From NCBI GenBank assembly GCA_951406725.2, contig OX597836.1, positions 22,444,001 through 22,508,000 on the forward strand: a stretch of 64,000 nucleotides of DNA, given 5' to 3'. The notes beneath the pieces were generated by a model. The model saw nothing but the letters and a program-made list of their open reading frames with translations, searched no databases and was not told where the DNA came from. This stretch comes from Octopus vulgaris (taxonomy: Eukaryota). This document shows positions 26,294-39,500 of this stretch, piece by piece. How positions within the stretch are numbered: the stretch's first letter is position 1; each line of letters begins with the position of its first letter. The position numbers were made by a program, and so were the translations under genes.

Positions 26294-27705
26294 TATAATT
26301 TTACATATATATATATATATAATTTTAAATAAGGTTTCTTTCTCCGATTCCGACAGAACTATCGGAATCGGAAAAAGAAAGCCTTGTAGTGTTTCTTCGC
26401 GTTTTTTACGTTCTGGTTTCAAATACCGTTGAGGTCAGCTTTGTCTTTCATCCTTTCAGGGTCGATGAAATACAGTACGAGTTAAATACTAAGGTCAATG
26501 CCATCGACTTACAACCCCAAACCTTCCTCTCAAAATTACTGGCCTTATGTCAAAAAACAACAACAAAAAACATTGTATCCAGTGTCTCCTCACAGCAATT
26601 AATATGATTTTCGTAATTAACATGCACGAAAAGTACAAACAAAATATATAAATCGGGTTCTTCGTGTAAAAGCAGAAACAAATTCCCTGATGTATAATTT
26701 GCTCTCTCTCTCCAGTCTCGGACAAAAATACTAGAAGAGGAGATAGTCACGGACGGGATATTTTTGATCCTAAGTTTACTGAATCCTAACCGACCTGCAG
26801 CTATAAACGTCATCACCCTATGAATTATTTCTGTCCGCACCATTTGCATTGTCAGTTTGTCTTTCCTCGTGCCTGTCGTCTGCTGCTTCCCCACCCGTTT
26901 ATCTGTCTATTAACGTTGCGAACCACTTCTCTCTCTGCCTTTCTCACCATATGTCAAATTATCTGTCTATCTGTCTGTGTGGGTCGGTAAACTAGTCAAT
27001 GTTGACCACCTGAAGGGTCTTATATGGCTTTCCAAAGGGTCGATAAGGATTTTAAGCATTAAAGAGTGCTGAATTATTTAATGAACTGAATCAAGAAGAG
27101 TGTGGATAAATTAAAGTTAAAATCTCACTAATATCCAGTCAATCAATCATCGATAGAACCGGTTCTCACCATTAAATATTCCGACTATATCAATATACCA
27201 GCACCGAATTTTTATCGTTTTTTAATCAATTTCATTAAGTATTTTCATCAAATTTCTTATTGAAATACGGTAATGACTTAACAGAACGAAGGAGTCATTG
27301 TTTTTAAATCAAGAACTTTTTTATTATGTATATATTTTAGTTTCATTTTATAAATTTACAAGATAGGGGTTGATAAATTATCAACGACTCCATGAAGGGT
27401 CGATGATTAAGAATTTTGCTGACCTCTGATCTAACACGCTTAGCGGTATTTCGTCTGTCTTCTACGTTCTGAGTTCAAATTCCGCCGAGGTCGACTTTGC
27501 CTTTCATCCTTTCCGGGTGGATAAATTAAGTACCGTACCAGATCTAATTGACTGGCCTCCATTCCCCACTCCCACCCCCAAAATTTCGGGCATTGTGCCT
27601 AGAGTAGAAAAGAATCGTTAATATGCTGGCAAAATGCTATGACAAGTTCTGAGTTCCTTTGCATATGGGAAAAAAGACGAGACAGTCACAGCTGGATTGG
27701 ATTGC

Positions 27706-28120
27706 ATCTCTCTTTACTCTTTTACTTGTTTCTGTCATTTGACTGCGGCCATGCTGGAGCACCGCCTTTAGTCGAGCAAATCGACCCCGGGACTTATTAT
27801 TCGTTGTAAGCCCAGTACTTATTCTATCGGTCTCTTTTGCCGAACCGCTAAGTGACGGGGACGTAAACACACCAGCATCGGTTGTCAAGCAATGCTAGGG
27901 GGACAAACACAGACAAACAAACACATACACACTTATATACATATATATACATATATACGACAGGCTTCTTTCAGTTTCCGTCTACCAAATCCACTCACAA
28001 GGCATTGGTCGGCCCGGGGCTATAGCAGATGACACTTGCCCAAGATGCCACGCAGTGGGACTGAACCCGGAACCATGTGGCTGGTTAGCAAGCTACTTAC
28101 CACACAGCCACTCCTGCGCC
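27706..28120 (-). mobile_element. Family A SINE (young)
   Basis: Full-length, CpG intact. Confidence 0.92.
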
Positions 28121-28861
28121 CATCTGAGTAAAGTTCAGCTCAAACACGGGCTGACCCGGGGTTCAACGGGATGAACATCGTCGGATTGCCTTTGATCATA
28201 GGCCTACTTGATCAATGACTGACTTGGGGTTAAACCGCAACCACCACAATCACCTCAAACAGTCCTATAATGTACTTACTCCTCTCCTCTCTCAATCTAT
28301 TTCAACAACTATCATCACCACCACCACCACCACCATCATGTATGGGTCAATAGCTTATTTCCACTATCATCCCCCCCCCCACTCACTCTCTCCATTTCCC
28401 GTTACTATTTAACATTTAGCTGGAATTAGCTCTTGTTATTCTTTTTCTCGCCACTTGCAAGTTATTTCAATGGCGGTATTACACATCGATTCACTTGGTC
28501 AACAACAACAATTTATAAAGGCATGCCAGCGTCATTATCTCCTATAAACGATGACACACAAACAACGTGTGTATGTATGTGTGTATGTGTTCACACTCTC
28601 TCACAAATACACTTGAATTCATACCTACATCTTGTCTCATGATCCTAAACAAAAGATGTTCTTTTCTCTTTTCGCTCATTGTGTTTTCTTCGGTTTTGGA
28701 TTTATATTTCAGCGTGGAATATTTACGTAATTAAGTTTTAAAATATTTATATATATATGTAAGACACACACATACGTACGTGTGTATGTGTCCATGTATA
28801 TATATATTTATAAATCATAACTATATAGATCATAAACCATATATATGCGTAATTATATGTA

Positions 28862-28898
<37 letters not shown>

Positions 28899-28901
<3 letters not shown>

Positions 28902-29092
28902 CGCAAGAGTGGCTGTGTGGTAAGTAGCTTGTTTACCAAACACATGGTTCCGGGTTCAGTCCCACTGCGTGGCATCTTGGGCAAGTGTCTTCTACTATAG
29001 CCCCGGGCCGACCAATGCTTTGTGAGTGGATTTGGTAGACGGAAACTGAAAGAAGCCTGTCGTATATATGTATATATGTATATATATATATA

Positions 29093-29137
<45 letters not shown>

Positions 29138-29343
29138 ATATTTGTGTGTCTGTGTTTGTCCCCCTAGCATTGCTTAACAACCGATGCTGGTGTGTTTACG
29201 TCCCCGTCACTTAGCGGTTCGGCAAAAGAGACCGATAGAATAAGTACTGGGCTTACAAAGAAATAAGTCCCGGGGTCGATTTGCTCGACTAAAAGGCGGT
29301 GCTCCAGCATGGCCGCAGTCAAATGACTGAAACAAGTAAAAGA

Positions 29344-29346
<3 letters not shown>
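28899..29346 (+). mobile_element. Family A SINE (young)
   Basis: Full-length, inserted in (TA)n. Confidence 0.92.
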
Positions 29347-29389
<43 letters not shown>

Positions 29390-29894
29390 GTGTATGCGTA
29401 TTTATTTATGTACATTCCCTTCCATTTTCATTACTGTTTTGGCGGTAATGATAACGGTGGCGATACACGTTTATAAGAGATCAGATATGTGTGTCCATAT
29501 ATTCGTATAGGTGCGTGTGTATGTGTGAGTGCATAACACTTTCAACAATTTACACACAGTAGATTTATATCTATACCGGGTGAAACATATTCAGCTTTAT
29601 CTCGTTCGCTATTCAGACATCACGTAGTCCTAACGTCACATTTTTCGCTTCTATTTTTCCATTTTCCGTCCTTGGAATAATAACAACAACAACAACTAGA
29701 ACCACAACAAGAACGACAAGATTATAATCTTTTCATGTGTGAAAGGGAGAGGCACGGAATCCTCCCCCCAACACATAACCCCCAATAAATAAAACTGAAG
29801 AAGGAATGCGACATTATGTATGGATCTTCAATGGGCAGCTGTTCTAAAAACCATGCTTGATAGAATTTCCCCCAGGCCCCAGGATGGAGAACAA

Positions 29895-30289
29895 ACTCTT
29901 TACTCTTTTACTCTTTTACTTGTTTCAGTCATTTGACTGCGGCCATGCTGGAGCACCGCCTTTAGTCAAGCAAATCGACCCCGGGACTTATTCTTTGTAA
30001 GCCCAGTACTTTTCTATCGGTCTCTTTTTGCCGAACCGCTAAGTGACGGGGACGTAAACACACCAGCATCGGTTGTCAAGCAATGCTAGGGGGACAAACA
30101 CAGACACACATACATATATATATATACGACAGGCTTCTTTCAGTTTCCGTCTACCAAATCCACTCACAAGGCATTGGTCGGCCCGGGGCTATAGCAGAAG
30201 ACACCTCCCCAAGATGCCACGCAGTGGGACTGAACCCGGAACCATGTGGTTGGTTAGCAAGCTACTTACCACACAGCCACTCCTGCGCC
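29895..30289 (-). mobile_element. Family A SINE (young)
   Basis: Full-length, CpG intact. Confidence 0.92.
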
Positions 30290-30445
30290 TACTGTTTCTT
30301 CTTACTTCCATTGACACCATTCCTGGTGTTGTTTGGCACCAACATCTCACATCTTACCTAGGAACTAATACTACAAGCTTTTTGTATCCGGCTCTCAAAC
30401 GATTCTACCAATCCACTAGCTTTCTTTCTTTAATATAATAAGTCT

Positions 30446-30855
30446 GGATCTTTTCGGTTTGGACGGCAGTTTTTTAACATAATTTCTAGGTAACTAAAAA
30501 ATTTTAAACTTCGTATACTGGTAGAATGTGTTTATAAAACATCTTTTTCTCTTGGCTTTATTGAGAAAATTCTATGGTTTGTAAGATATTTGTTGTTTGT
30601 TTTCCTCAATTTCAACTAATCACTGACGTCTATTGAGGTAAAAAATCATTCTGTGCCGTATGAATATGTCCCTCGTTTAAGAAACAGATTGGGTTTATTT
30701 ACATTTGTGAAGAAAAAAAGATACCCTTCCTCCCACCTCTAACCCTAACCCTAAAACAGATTGAAATGCAATAGATCGATACTGAGGTCATAATTATGGG
30801 TGACAATTTCATATGACACCGCTAGAAAAAACTGCCGTTCAAACCGAAAAGATCC
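30446..30855 (-). mobile_element. MITE copy 4 (8-bp TSD, Merlin-like)
   Basis: Same TIRs; TSD ataagtct; internal ctaaccctaaccctaa. Confidence 0.9.
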
Positions 30856-31539
30856 ATAAGTCTTTCCTAATTTTGACACAAGGCCAGCAATTTTGAGGGA
30901 AATAGGGAAGTCGATTATTTTATCGACTCCGGGGTGGGGGTGAATGGTACAGTCGACCTCGAAGAAATATCGCTGTGCACGTTTGTCCGATTCACCAATG
31001 GAGTTGGCCAGATACGTCGCCTTTCGTTTTTTTAAAAACTATAATCTTAATACTTTGAAATTTGGTACGAGGCCAGAAATTTTAAGGGGGGGAGCAAGTC
31101 AATTACATCGCCTCCATTACATGACTGTTTCATTATTTCATCGACCCCGAAGACAAAGTTCACCTGGCACGATTTCAACTCGGAATGTGCAGTACCGAAG
31201 GAAATACTGCATTTCTTTCGATACCATTCTTCCAGCTAGATGATGATGATGATGATGATGATGATAATAATAATAATAATATTTTTTTATTGCCCACAAT
31301 GGGCTGAACATAGAGGGGACAAACAAGGACAGGCAAACAGATTAAGTCGATTACATCGATCCCAGTGCGTGTAACTGGTACTTAATTTATCGACCCCGAA
31401 AGGATGAAAGGCAAAGTCGACCTCGGCGGAATTTGAACTCAGAACGCAGCAGCGGACGAAATAACACAAAGCATTTCTCCCGGCTTTAATAATAATCCTT
31501 TCTACTATAGGGGCAAGGCCTGAAATTTTAGGGGAGAGA

Positions 31540-32521
31540 TTATATTGGTACAAAAGGTTCAAAGACAGTACAGAGGGAGTGAGAAACGATGAGAGGTGTA
31601 GGAGAGAGAGGGACATCAGAACATCAGAGTTAGCTGAGAATATTAGCAACTTTCTGGATTAAGACCGTTATGTGTCTATTGAGACGATAAGTATAGAGTT
31701 TGGAGTTGGTATGGCAACTGTACAGAGAATTATTCGGGAAGATCTGAACGTGCGCAAAATTTGTGTAAAGTTTGTTCCCAGGGGGCTTAGTGACGAACAG
31801 AAGGAACACACGCATTGGTAACAGCAGGGAGATAGTTGAGCTCATTACGTCTACTCTATGAATACTTGAGTCTCTGGTGACCAGTGACGAAAACTAAATC
31901 TGTCGAGACCCAGACAGAGACCAAGAGATAGGGTGCCCAAAGGAAGCATCTTGGCTTCTCCAGACTCAAGAAAACCAAGCAAAGCAAGTTCACTGGGAAG
32001 CTCATGATGATCTCCTTTTTCGACAGCGAGGGCATCATTTACGTCCACCGGATTCCCCCTGGCCAGACGATCAACAAAGAGTACTTTTGTGAAGGTTTTA
32101 AGGGAGTTCAAGAAGAGAATTCGTCGCAAAAGGCCAGACCTCTTCTACTCGAGTCGGTGGCACCTGCACTAGCATACTGTACAAGTTGGTAACCAGCTTG
32201 GCAGAGATGGACATCACAACTGTCCCTCGCCCTCCATGCAGTGTAGCCCTTGCTCCTTGTGATGTTTGGCTGTTTCCCAAACTGCAGGAGAACCTCAGGG
32301 GCAGTCTTTTTGAAGATACTGAGAAGATGAAGGCGTTTGTAACAAGGGTCTTGGACACCTTCACTTTAGAGGACTTCCATGGGGCCTTCGCAAAGTGGCT
32401 GGAGTACTAGGAACAAATGCATTGAGTCTGGGGGTCATCTTTTAAAAGAGATTAGAGTTTTGTACTTTGAAATTAATGTCTTCCCTGAAAAAGTTTTAAA
32501 ACTTCTGGACAACACCTCGTA
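31540..32521 (+). pseudogene. mariner transposase relic with 3' TIR
   Basis: YWYKRFKD...DER HTH region, MMISFFDSEGIIY...GQTINKEY, PPCSVALAPCDVWLFPKL (cf. mariner YSPDLAPxD motif); ends acacctcgta. Confidence 0.88.
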
Positions 32522-32799
32522 TATGCATATTTTGTACATGAGCACGTGATCTTACAATCAGGTTACATATATTTTCTAAGGATTTTCAAAAAAACAGCAG
32601 GTTTAGTTTAAGCTAAAGCTGTGAATTTACAACATATTTGACACATTCCATTTAAAGACTACAAATATACATATGAAGTATTATTATTCATATTCACTGC
32701 AAAAGTTTCTGAAGAACATTTCTTGTATAGACAGAGGAGGCACCAACACACCTCGGTGTTTTTAAATTTCTATCTGTAATTTAAAATTACTTGTTTGTT

Positions 32800-33105
32800 T
32801 TTCCTCTACTCAACCGGGGACTCCCTTCGGTCACGACACTGACCATGGGATTGCACCTAGAAAGTTACCCTCCTAGTCACAAGTCTGGGCATGGTTGTTT
32901 ATGGAAGACCAGCAGTCGCCCATGCATACCGGCCGATACAGCTTGGCACCAGAGACGTCGCAACTCATTTCTACAGCTGAGTGAACTGGAGCAACGTGAA
33001 ATAAAGTGTCTTGCTCAAGAACACAACACGCAGCCCGGTCCGGGATTCGAGCTCACAACCTCACGATCGTAAGCTCGACACTCTAACCACTGAGCCATGC
33101 GCCTC
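32800..33105 (-). mobile_element. Family C tRNA/CORE SINE
   Basis: Reverse complement of ggcgcatggctcagtggttagag head; cttgagcaagacact block. Confidence 0.85.
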
Positions 33106-33435
33106 CAATGTCTAATATCCATATTGTGAAGAGTTATTTTAAAGCGTTGGAGCATGAGACAGTAAGTCGCTGGATCGGTCAGTTATTTGATGTTTATAAC
33201 TTTCATGTGTATTCCTATCATTGTTTTATAAAAACAAAAAAAGTAGTCTGTCAAGCTTGGGCGACGATGATGAAGGAATCTCTTTTTAAATGTTGCGATG
33301 CACGACAAATCATCAGAAGTTATGAACATTAAAATATTAGTTAAGTGGAATAAACTTTCAAATGCAAAACTAAATAAACAGAACAACAAAACAAGAGACG
33401 CAGTTGGATAAATTAGAAAACTTCAAACTGTTACA

Positions 33436-33814
33436 TCTCTCTCTATATAAAGCTGAAGTTGTCTGTGTATGTCAGGTTTGGTAGCCTTCAACTTACAACA
33501 AACTCCTCCGAGACCCTGCGGCGCAAGTTGACCAAAATTGAGAGTATGATAGAAGAAAGCTTGCTCTTCCTTCCGTAGAAGAAAAAAAATCAAATCGGAC
33601 CATGTTAACATCAAAAAGGTGCTTTTTTTTTCAATGAAAATCCCTATTTTTTACGATTTTTTTACTGCTGTGTCGCCAGTTTTCGGTGTATTTCAACAAA
33701 AAAATGTTCACCTAAAGAGAATAACAAGCTACATAATGCAAAATTTTTACTTTTCAAAAATTCCAATTCTGAAGGGTCGAAACAAACCCGAGCAACGCCG
33801 GGCGATACTGCTAG
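33436..33814 (+). mobile_element. Non-autonomous Helitron-like element
   Basis: Starts TC after A, ends CTAG before T, GC-rich hairpin cccgagcaacgccggg shortly before the end; second copy at 63024-63443. Confidence 0.75.
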
Positions 33815-33988
33815 TAAAGCATAAAACAAAAACGACAGCAGAAAGAACTTTCAAGTACAAGAAGAAAAACGAAACAAAAACAGAACTCCAGCTCGTGTAG
33901 AATGATTTAGGAACGAAACCTTATAAAGTAAAACAAATACAACTGCTTAAAACGCTTAAATGTTACTCACAAAATAAAAGTATATATA

Positions 33989-34473
33989 TTGGGTCATCCC
34001 ATAAATAATGCGGGTTTTTCAATTGCGTGAACTAAAAGTTGGAGGGGGACTAGATAAACTGCCTGCATCAACTTGCTATAAAAGCAGGTAGTAATTTTAC
34101 CTTTACATATATTCTTAGTGCAAGGTTTTAAGAATGCAGTTCGATTTTAACTTATTTTTTCATAGCTATAATGGAAGTGACAAAGGAGCATATTCAGCAT
34201 ATTTTGCTTTATGAGTTCAATAAAGGCAACAACGCAACGGAAAGTGCGAGGAATATTAAATTCAGTATATGGGGATCGGGCAATAAGCGTAAGCCAGTGT
34301 CAACGGTGGTTCCAGTAATTACAAGCCTCGTCCTGGAAGATCTGTAGAGCTCGACGAGGACGTCCTGCAAACCCTGGTGGATCAATATCCCCATTGTAAC
34401 TGTTGAGGAACTAGCAGAGAAGCTCGGATTTGGCCATTCAACCATTCATCAATACCTGCGTAGCATTGGAAAA
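33989..34473 (+). pseudogene. mariner 5' end with N-terminal transposase relic
   Basis: TA+ttgggtcatccc end; ATG 34171 MEVTKEHIQHILLYEFNKGNNATESARNI, later PRPGRSVELDEDVL...TVEELAEKLG; frameshifted. Confidence 0.85.
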
Positions 34474-34702
34474 CGACCATCTTTGGTTTCAAGACGAAAG
34501 GTATTCTCCCCCCAACTACTGCTTGACAACCGGTGTTGGTGTGCTTATGTCCTAGTAACCTAGCGGTTCAGCAAAAAATGACCAACAGAATAAATACCAG
34601 GCTTTAGAAATAATAATAGGTAATGGGGTTGAAAATTTCGACCAAAATTTCTTAAAGTGATGCCCCAGCATGGCTGCAGCCAAATGACTGAAACAAGTAA
34701 AA

Positions 34703-34736
<34 letters not shown>

Positions 34737-34740
<4 letters not shown>

Positions 34741-34900
34741 AGAGTTTACGAAAAAAAAACAAAAGACGAAGACAGGTGGTGTACAAAACAAACAGATGTA
34801 TTAGCATAACGCTCAGGAATAGAAAAAGTCTTTTACATTTCGAGCCTACGCTCTTCTACAGAAAGGGACCCAGAAAAAACAAGGAGAGAGAAAAAAAAAA
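34737..34900 (-). mobile_element. Short (TA)n-associated repeat, PLE terminal-repeat-like, with hammerhead-like relic
   Basis: Near-identical copy at 44678-44860; minus strand ctgtagaagagcgtaggctcgaaa. Confidence 0.6.
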
Positions 34901-34934
34901 TATATATATATATATATATACATACATACATACA

Positions 34935-34966
<32 letters not shown>

Positions 34967-35013
34967 GAACTAATCTGTGTAGAATGATAAACAAAAGTGT
35001 GCATAAACAAGCC

Positions 35014-35073
<60 letters not shown>

Positions 35074-35489
35074 GGGTATAGAGATATGGAAAGGAGTACT
35101 GGCTTACAACGATCTGATACGTCCAGATCTGATAACTACACTCAGTTATTTTACTTCTTATCTCTGGCTCACTAAGCTAAAAAACACAAAGTTATGGGCC
35201 GCTCCACCACCATTCCTCCTCCTCCAGCATGTATGTCGAACAAATAAACACAAACATATATAGTATAAGTGCGTGTTTTTACACACACACACACACATAT
35301 ACACATATATATTTACATAAAATGTTGACGATGCGCATTCGTTTTTGATTTTTAATATCATTTACGTGATGACGATGATGAAGATGGTGAGACGATGACG
35401 TCCGTAACGAAGGTTTTCCTTCAAACACAAAACACACAATCAACAAGTGAGAAAAAGACGATAAATTCTGGAAAATTTGGCTATAAAGT

Positions 35490-36075
35490 AGGTGCAGGCG
35501 TGGTTATGTAGCAAGAAGCCTGCATCCAAACCATATGGGTTCCGGGTTCAGTTCCACAGCGTGGAACCTTAGGCAAAGTGTCTTCAACTATAGCTTCGGG
35601 CCGACCAAAGCCTTGTGAATGGATTCGATAGACAGAGACTGAAAGAAGCCCACAGCGTGTGTGTGTTTTCCCCACCACCGCTTGACAACCAGTGTTGGTG
35701 CGTTTACGTCCTCGTAACTTAGCGGTTCGGCAACATATATTGCTTTACTACCCACAAGGGGCTAAACACAGAGGGGACAAACAAGGACAGACAAACGGAT
35801 TAAGTCGATTAGATCGACCCCAGTGCCTAATTGGTACTTAATTTATCGACCCCGAAAGGATGAAAGGCAAAGTCGACCTCGGCGGAATTTGAACTCAGAA
35901 CGTAACGGCAGACGAAATACGTCTACGCATTTCGCCCGGCGTGCTAATGTTTCTGCCAGCTCGCCGCATAGACCGATAGAATAGGTACCAGGCTTAAAAA
36001 AACAAGAACTGGGATCGATACATTCGACTAAAAATTCAAGGCAGTGTCCCAGTATGGCCGTAGTTTGATGACTTT
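35490..36075 (+). mobile_element. Family A SINE with nested family B SINE (35737-35968, minus)
   Basis: Family A head and tail interrupted by a full reverse family B copy. Confidence 0.85.
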
Positions 36076-36117
36076 CTTCTATAAAAGATCTACATGTTTA
36101 CTTATACACACACACAC

Positions 36118-36227
36118 GTCCCCAAAGTCCATCCACTCCTCGCCGTGGGGGGGACGCTGGCAAGGGGTAATGTCAGAGCTATGCCGTCGGGAACTTCGGT
36201 TCCTAGTAGGGCCACCCAAGGCGGATT
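36118..36227 (+). ncRNA. HDV-like self-cleaving ribozyme fold
   Basis: P1 gtcccc/ggggac, P2 agtccatc/ggcggatt, P3 cac/gtg, L3 tcctcgcc, P4 tggc/gcca containing gggaac-TTCG-gttcct, J4/2 cccaa. Confidence 0.65.
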
Positions 36228-36471
36228 GGTCTGACACCGAGTGGTATTAGGTATTCTGGTGAAAATCCTCGGAGTGTCTGCTTCGGCAACCAACGGCTCC
36301 TCGGTCGTTCTGTCCCTGCGTCGGCGGAAAATCTGCGGCAAACAGGATGTCTCTACATGCAGGATTGTTGGGGACCGCTTGTGAAATCCACATATTCCCA
36401 CGGAACTTCTTCCAAGGAAGAAGCCGACTCAACCCGCCCAGGGTGAATGTCGCCACAAGTAAGTAAGTAAG
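36118..36471 (+). mobile_element. Short non-autonomous RTE-like retroelement (5'UTR-like head plus (AAGT)n tail)
   Basis: Inserted in a (CA)n tract (tacacacacac duplicated); GC-rich structured head; aagtaagtaagtaag tail. Confidence 0.65.
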
Positions 36472-36702
36472 TACACACACACATTGCAAATGTAGACTGA
36501 CACCATTATTTTAGAAAGAGTTATTCCTAGAAACAGAATAATGTTCTTCGATGCATTTAAACAATCTAATATTTCGTAGACATATCTTGGACAGTTTTTA
36601 ATGATTAAACTTGCTTGAGCCTCACACTAATAAGTAATGTCTGCACAGATATGGCAGTATGATGAGTATTTATTTACTTTCGAGGTGTGTGTGTGTGTGC
36701 AT

Positions 36703-36739
<37 letters not shown>

Positions 36740-37033
36740 CAAAATAAGCAACAAGAATGACTCCGGTAATTTGGTACGATCGTTTCGTACTACATCATTT
36801 TATTATTTTATTAAATGTTGCTTATTTTGATTATAATCACCCCACGGATTTTTATGGATAACACCATACAGAATTCTGGTGCATCTAAAATTAAGTACCA
36901 TATTCATTTGAATCTAAATTTTTGCTGAACTCATATATATATATATTTGCATGTATATGTATATTTATACGTGTATATACATATAAATACATATATTTAT
37001 ATGTATGTGCGTATATATTTATATGCATATGTG

Positions 37034-37310
37034 AAGGCGCGTGGCCTAATACTTAGGGTGTCGCATTCACGATCGCTTGATCGTGGGTTCGATTTCCAGA
37101 CCGGGTGGTACGTTGTGTTCTTGAGCAAAACGCTTCGTTTCTCGTTGCTCCACTCACCTTCTCGATCAGTGGGGTGGGGGTGAATGTTGGCCTGCTCACC
37201 TAACCAGCAGGATGGCGTCATTTGAAAGCTAAAACAATGCAAAAGCGCACTGTGACCAGCGATGTGTAATAGCATGCGATAGCCAAGTCGGTCGTGTGTG
37301 TGATCACGTG
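37034..37310 (+). mobile_element. Family C tRNA/CORE SINE
   Basis: tRNA-like head ggcgcgtggcctaa...gggttcgatttcc, cttgagcaaaac block. Confidence 0.8.
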
Positions 37311-37391
37311 ATGTGTGTACATATGAGTGCATGTACACTTGCAAGTGTATGGTTATGTACGTGTAAGGACGCGTACGTACGGATGTATGTG

Positions 37392-38294
37392 CATGTGGTA
37401 TATTTCCTGGACTACTTATGTTTGATAAAAAAAAGTGACTTATTTACCAAAGTTTTATCATCTCCTTCGAAATAGTCACCCACTTTGTGCAGCAATACGC
37501 CAGTACCAGCGTTCTTGCCACTTTTGGAATCTCGCCTGGAAGTCGATATCTGGAAGCGAGTCGTGGACCTTTTACGATTCGCTCTGGATATCGACAATGG
37601 CGACCTTTGAGCTACATTTTCATTTTGGGTAAGAGATGGAAGTCTGCAGGTATTAAATCTGGCGAATAGGGCGGTTGCGGAAGTGATACCTTGTTGTTTC
37701 TGGCGATCAGCTCACGCGTGAAGAAAGGTCAGTGACAGGGTGCGTTTGTCATGATGAAGAATCCAGTTCTTCGCTCTCCAGAGATCCGGTCGCTTTCATC
37801 GAATGTCGTCCCTCAAACGCTTCAAAACGTCGCAGCAGAACTCTCGATTGACTGTCTGGCCCTGGGAGACGAATTCACGATGCACGATACCGCATTTCCG
37901 AGGGTTACGCTCGTGGCAGGCCTTCTAGATCACTCATCTTCTTCCAGGGACATTTTCCGCTTTTGAAACGCTCGTGCTATTCGAAACATTGCGCACGACC
38001 CATTGCCTGGTCGCCGCAAGCTTGCCGAAGCATGTTCAATATCTCTGTAGCAGACTTCCTAAATTTAACGCAAAATTTCACGTTGGTTTTTTTGTTCCTG
38101 TCCATGACAAAATCGCAGACTATGGAATACACGTGATCACAAAAACACAAATTTCACAACTTGCGAAGAAAACACAGCATTCGGCACATTGCCTCGTGAA
38201 GGTCACTGCTAGCTCTCACTGCGCATGCAACCATGTGCTGTCATATGTTGGAGCGCTACAGAACTAAACCGGAAACTTTTTGATACCACCTCAT
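37392..38294 (-). pseudogene. mariner element relic (internally deleted)
   Basis: Minus-strand DFQARFQKWQERW...GDYFEGD C-terminus; TIR-like aaactttttgataccacctcata at ~38272-38294. Confidence 0.8.
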
Positions 38295-38459
38295 ATGTGC
38301 TGAACTCGACTCTTTCCTGTTGCCTACTTAACTTTGATAGTATAGGCCCAGGCCATGTCTAACATAACAGCACCACTTGGTGATATCTTTTAGTCATATA
38401 TCGGGCACCATGGCCCACTCTAGCAAAGAGTTATTATTGTTGGAGACATATCCAAGTGT

Positions 38460-38915
38460 CTTGCGAATCGGTATCCACTGCGCGTTCCGTATTCGTTGAT
38501 CTGGACTTGCTTCAAGATTCCCTTGGCGATGCCTTCTTCGTAACCTATTTCTTTATTACCCACAAGGGGCTAAACACTGAGGGGACAAACGAGGACAGAC
38601 ATAGGTATAAAGTTGATTACATCGACCCCAGTACGTAACTGGTACTTAATTTATCGACCCCGAAAGGATGAAAGGCAAAGTCCACCTCGGCGGAATTTGA
38701 ACTCACAACGTAACGACAAACGAAATACGGCTACGCATTTCGCCCGGCGTCTAACGATTCTGCCAGCTCGCCGCCTTCTTTGTAACCCTTGACCAGGTCA
38801 TGACGAAGAGGGAACGGAACCGGTCGTGCGTTGTGAAAAGCCGGCTTCGCATCAGACTTGAACTTCACTTCCAATTTGAAATCCTTAAGACATCCCAATT
38901 CTTCTTTGCCACAAA
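38460..38915 (-). pseudogene. Gypsy/Ty3 pol fragment (pre-RT region) split by a family B SINE (38546-38772)
   Basis: ELGCLKDFKLEVKFKSDAKPAFHNARPVPFPLR continuing as YEEGIAKGILKQVQINEYG; SINE TSD gccttctt(c/t)gtaacc. Confidence 0.75.
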
Positions 38916-39299
38916 GCACAAGTGATAAAGAGAAACTGATAATAGTAGTGATATGGGAGAAGTGTGGGGGGAGGCTAGGTCGTGCCTGACAGTAATTTTT
39001 GCCCTAATTAGTCAAAAAGAATTTCTCAGAATGCGATCATAGTCTTACATAAATTTTATACGGATTTAGGATGCATACAAAGATATAATCTACCCAGCAT
39101 ATATCTAATATCTTATTTCGTTGGCACCGATAGGAAAAAAAGGCTAAACAGCTTTTAATATAATTTGATTGTAATTATATACCACAAATACATAATTATG
39201 CATTTAATATTATCTTAATGAAACAGTTATTGAGCACAATTACAGTATGAATTATGTGTGAAATTTATGCGTGCGTATATACTGTCACACACACATATA

Positions 39300-39343
<44 letters not shown>

Positions 39344-39500
39344 CAATAATAACAAAGGGTAAAATTAATTAATTAACAAGTAATCGATAATTTCAAGTAA
39401 AATTCGGCATGAAAAGGGACCATTTCTCGGTAAACTTAAGTAATATTTTATAATTAGGGTTCAGCAAAGATGAACCAGAGCAAATCTTTGCTGAACCCTG

